The notes below the pieces were generated by a model, which ran no database searches, was not told the DNA's origin, and saw only the letters and a program-made list of their open reading frames with translations. A stretch of 64,000 nt of DNA from Geosiphon pyriformis uo1. Its lineage: Eukaryota; Fungi; Glomeromycota. This document shows, piece by piece, positions 59,401 to 64,000 of this stretch (position 1 is its first letter; each line of letters begins with the position of its first letter). The stretch covers positions 420,219 to 484,218 of the forward strand of contig JAAOMT010000760.1 of assembly GCA_016748015.1 (NCBI GenBank), written 5' to 3'. The translations under genes were made by a program, and so were the position numbers.

Positions 59401-62114
59401 CTTTTGGTACACACTAGCAGAAATAAAACTAAACTGGATTCTGTAATTAATAATAGGATAAAGGACCACCAAAACCAAGTAGGAGAACTGTTTGTCCAAA
59501 ATTGCTTTTCTCAGAACAAGATTGGCAAAAAACTGTACATCCAAATGCACTTTAGCCAAGCTAGGCTTAGACAATCCATCAGAAGAAAGAAAAATACCCA
59601 GATATTAGTGAAACACATCCTTTTTGGTGATGGAAATAAGAGTGCCACTAACAGATAAAAAAAAGCCACTACTCTACAATTAATTGGGATCACTACAGTT
59701 TTGTTATTGTTGATCGAGATATTATTCATCCTGAAAAATTCACTGGCAACATTGAGAATGTGTTGTGTAGCTGTCTAACTAAAACTGATTTATATAGTAT
59801 CAACAACAAATGTATTTGCAGCAAGAAAAAAAGTCAAACTATCTTGAGGATCTATGCAACCAGTCCTGGCAACATAATGTGAGTTCAGTCTATAACCACA
59901 TACTGCTTCTTGTCTTTTTACTTTACACAGCAAAGTGTCATAAAAAATACACCAAAAAAAAAGTGAAAATACTTCCTCTTGATTCAAGCTATTATGAACA
60001 CTATAATCATCAGTTAACCCAAAGTCAGTTATCACTCTGTTTATGCAACCATTGTAAATACTCCCAAAAAATTTTATGAATCTACTACACATTTTGATTC
60101 TAACCAAACTTCTTCTCAGATGTTTCCAACCAACTGAGTCATATGCTTTCCTTATGTCTTGTAAAACCAACCAAAGTTCACAATTCTTTTCTAAAGCATT
60201 TTTTACCACTGAACCAATAGCAAAAATAGAAGACTGTGTTATTGTACTTTTAAAAACTGAGAAGTTGTCACCATGAAAAATGTCATGCTTACTATATGCT
60301 ACAGAGATTCTATCAAAAAAAATTTTAGAAAGAATTTTATGGACAGTTTCAATCAGTGCTATGGGCTGAATGTTTGTAAAAACTCTCTCCCAGTCATAAG
60401 GTTTAGGAATCATAAACATCCAGGCCTCCCTCCAAGGACCCAGAACAGATTCACAAATCAAACAAGAGTTCAAAAGCACCAATAGCAAATCCAGAACAGA
60501 TCTGTTACAATGTTTCCAAAGTTTATTCGTAATACCAGAAAGGCCAGCAGCTTTGTTATTAGACAAACTCGAAACCACACCAAGAAATTTTTCCACCTCA
60601 ATTGAATACATAACATTTGAAAAGGCATTGTTAAAGACATATTCCAAGGGTTGAAGTTGGTGACACCATTCATCCAAAATGTTATTAACCACCACATGCT
60701 TTCTGGTCCAGCCCTCCATAATTTTATTAACATAAAATTTAACCAAACTAGGCTTCAAAATGAGGTCCTCATTCACAACCAGATAATCTAATGTGAATTT
60801 GCAAAATGGCTGCTCAAGTACACTTCTAATAGTTTGGTCCTTATTCAACTCAAAGTTTTCTATCTTTTTGTCAATTGCTAACTTGATTTGAGAATTCCTA
60901 ACACATTTTGATTCCATTATTTTGAGGAAATAATAAGACTTTCTAATCTTTACCAAAGCTAATCTAATAGCATCAAAATGAGATCTCAAAAGAAAAAAAA
61001 ATTTAACAGCAGAAGCATTAACAGAGTCCAAAGACACCCAAACATCTAACAAAGAAATGAATCCAATAGATGACACAGAATGCAAAGTCTTTACCAACTT
61101 AGAAACCAAAATTTCCAATCTATGATAGCAGGAAGAGCTCTTGGTAAAACCACTATCAAAATTTTTAGACCAGATTTTCAAGAAAACTTCATTTGCTGAG
61201 AAACAGATGGTTTTGTGAATAGCATTTCACATGCCATCCAAATCAGACAAATAATAACAATCTGTAAACTCATCAGAAAACATGGCAAAATTATCACAAG
61301 ATGCAATCCTATACTACTTCTATTTAACTCCATCAGCATTTTTGACATTAAATTTCTATTTGTCTTTATTGGTCTGAACACAAATAGCTCTTAGGACAGG
61401 ATCTAAAATTCTACCAAGACCAATTGTAATTTGAACAAAACTATGATTAGTGTTAAAGAACTCATTCACATCCACAACATGTCCATTTACTAAAACATTA
61501 CTCAAACTTTGGAAAACAAAAATGTAATTAATAATCCTCTCAACACCCCTGAAATTCCTCCAAGTAGGAGCCTTAATGTGAGAACTACTAACCAATGTAT
61601 TAACTAGACCTAAATTCACACACTTACTAAAGCTAGAGCTATGTTTGTTCCCATTCTTATTGAAATTACCACCTAAAAAAATAAACATATTTTCATTACA
61701 AGCTCTGGCTATAAAAAAATTAACAAGACCAGTCTGAATCACACACTTATCCAGAGAAGCCTCTGTATATAAACCCAATACAGAAACAGATTGTTTGTTT
61801 TTGAATAACAAGTGGACCATCAAAAGCCTATCTGGAATCTTAGAGATTTTTGAAACATGTTTGGCTAAATTTTCATTTATGATTAAGGCAATATCCACTC
61901 CTAAAAACCCAGCATTCAGACCTGAAGTAAACACTCTCACACCAGAAAACTTTTTCACAATCCAAGGCTTGATACTGAAGTGAAGCTTAGTCTTAGTAAC
62001 TATTAAAATGTTATTATTTGAAACTATGTGCCATCTAATAATGTCATTCTGCTTGGCAGGAACATTCATACCTCTAACATTACAAGTAACAATTTTCCAA
62101 GCTAAACTACTTAT
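56424..62114 (-). pseudogene. LINE ORF2 (disrupted; RNase H split by a solo LTR)
   Basis: Domain order APE-RT-RNase H-Cys; stop TAG at 56424-56426. Confidence 0.9.
57491..58490. mobile_element. Solo LTR (1000 bp) of a third LTR family inserted in the LINE RNase H
   Basis: Termini TATTACTAGA (decayed TGTTACTA) and TTTAGTAACA; TSD ATGC at 57487-57490 and 58491-58494. Removing it restores QAALDA|CKAELL. Confidence 0.85.
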
Positions 62115-63939
62115 TGGAAAAAAGAAGGGATTACCATACCACCACCAGAACAAAAAAAGTCCAATTTATACAATATTGTCTTAACTGAATTCTTCAGAAC
62201 CACCAGGTTAGCTTTTAGGCCACCTAATTTTGCAGTTAAAACATGAGCACCACTTAGAGAAATGTTCTAAGAGATGGCAATGACTACACTAGGCATGGAA
62301 GGAATGAACAACGGAGTGTCAACAGCCATGTTCAGCATAGGGTTATGTTTGGAGGTGGGTAAAACAGTAGAATTTACCAAAAAAACAGCCAGCAATCTGT
62401 TCAATTTACACAAAATGTTGGCCACCTAATTAAATACATTCTCAAGCAAATGCTCGAGAACACTAACATGTGAAGCCAGAAATGTAACCACAGACATTGA
62501 ACCAGTGACTGAATTTATGCTTGAATTGTTCCCAATGAGCAGTATAGAATATAAATTTTTAGGAGAGCTGCTTACCACAAAAGCCCAAGTCATACTACCA
62601 AAGAAGGCTGGACAAAACATGAGTGCCTGCTTTTTGGCATAGATGAGCACAAGGTGCTTTTTATCCGAATCAGAACAAAGAAATCTTTTTTTCATGGAAC
62701 TCTGCCTACTGTTTTTTACACTATTCACACAGCCAAATGAAACGTAACCAAAATTACCATATGTAGCACACTTAGGAGAAGACAAACCAGCTCAAACAAG
62801 GTTAACACTCCTAAACACCAGCATAGAGCAAATGGCAGTCTCTCTGGCATCATCAGAATCAAAACATATGACAATACAGCAGACTTGTGCATAAGACACT
62901 AAATTCCTAAAAATGTAGCAAGTTTTTCCACCATACAACTGGACCAAGTCTGAGAGATTGTGGGCAGTTGTGCCCATTAGCAGAGTATATAGAAGAGCAT
63001 AATAGCTGTCCTTTAAATTCCATATTGTTTGTTGGCATTGGCTTTGGCAACACATACTGAATCCTTACCTAGCAAGATTAACCATTTGGACACAATCAAA
63101 TCAGCGATCTAAAAACTCTCAAACTCCACTAGTGCTTTCTGCCAAAAGCTAATAAGCTGTATTTTGATTGAAAAAATTTTCCCATACTTGACCAAAGCTG
63201 ATTTGATTGTCAATTTGGGCAAATTTACTGGAATTTTTTTGATAATGATTTCCTGATCTGAACATATGCTGATTTTTTTGAGATCAGCATTGACTAAAAA
63301 ATTCTCAGACACAACCAATTGTTTAGCCAAAATAAGACTGGAATCAGATGTAAAAGACATCCGAATAATGCCTGAAAATTTTGAAGAAGTTGATGCATCC
63401 CCAAAACTATCAATCTTGTAGAACAGTGTCCTGACACTCTTGAGTTTGTCACATAGAGTACTTTCAAAAACAGCCAACAAACCAATGTTAAGTGCAAAAG
63501 ATTTGGTAGGTTCAAAGCAAAGCTTTTCCTTGACAGAAGCAACAGAACAATGAAGAGATCCTAGAGAAACAGGTGGAAGTAAGTCCATGTTTATATTATC
63601 AGCAGCAGAGCCAAAATTACAGAGACCCAGAGATGAAGCCATCATCATACTAGAATTAAAATGTTTCATCTTTGAGGTGTTAGTACAAAAGTCTAACTGC
63701 CCATCACTCTCACTGTCAGCATCATAGCCCACATTCTTGCCCATCTCATACTTCAACTTTTCATCAGAAAATGTATCCATATTCTCATATTAACTGAGAA
63801 CACTTGCAGGTAGTTTGTAAGATAAATCAGCTTTGTCATCTAAGTATTTGACTTTGCCAAGCAAAACTTTAAGTTTCTGCTTCAGACTTCTATTCATAGA
63901 GCTTATAGCAGCACCTCTAGCCAATTTTTTCATGGACAT
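62111..63939 (-). pseudogene. LINE ORF1 (RRM-like region, decayed CCHC knuckle, coiled-coil C-terminus)
   Basis: ORFs 63109-63780, 62792-63055 and 62426-62785 lie upstream of APE. KCATYGNFGYVSFGC is a decayed CX2CX4HX4C. Candidate ATG at 63939. Confidence 0.8.
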
Positions 63940-64000
63940 AGTGTTGACAGCATCAGATACTAAGAAGACAACAAAAAAATTGGTGAATTGAGAAATTGTA

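Larger units (their letters stand above)
56305..64000 (-). mobile_element. Near full-length LINE (ORF1; ORF2 = APE endonuclease, RT, RNase H, Cys-rich C-terminus); 5' end outside the window
   Basis: APE 61356-62153 (TCNVRG, GGNFN, INYIF, TNH); RT 59790-61181 (KAAGLSG, QPIAL, QDIRKAYDSV, TFVVDT); RNase H 58459-58752 and 57185-57394; CLYCDNVEVLDHAFFC in 56624-57160. Confidence 0.93.

Overview
Very AT-rich eukaryotic, most likely fungal, DNA. The repeat families resemble those I recall from Glomeromycotina, but that assignment is an unverified inference. There is one host gene: an apparently intronless RRP6/EXOSC10 exosome nuclease (8052-11246, -), which forms a CpG-retaining island in a sea of decayed retroelements. 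The rest is (i) Ty3/gypsy LTR retrotransposons, including a four-deep nest in which each level is bounded by a 4-bp TSD (C 15032-55962 > E 30394-55363 > F 35451-53358 > G 40546-48526), an extra recombined copy D, a second nest at the left edge and a solo LTR; and (ii) RNase H-bearing LINEs plus an ORF1-only LINE derivative. The LTR elements, in two divergent families, share an unusual layout: a GTG-started N-terminal Gag extension, one Gag-PR-Cys-rich-dUTPase-RT-RNase H frame that stops after RNase H, a separately initiated integrase ORF, and a conserved ~210-aa non-Env ORF3 that ends just before the PPT. All TE copies show pervasive C>T/G>A transitions at CpG and non-CpG sites. The RRP6 tail carries two EEGEI motifs of the ARS2-binding type. 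LTR ends and TSDs were read by eye; internal domain boundaries are approximate.
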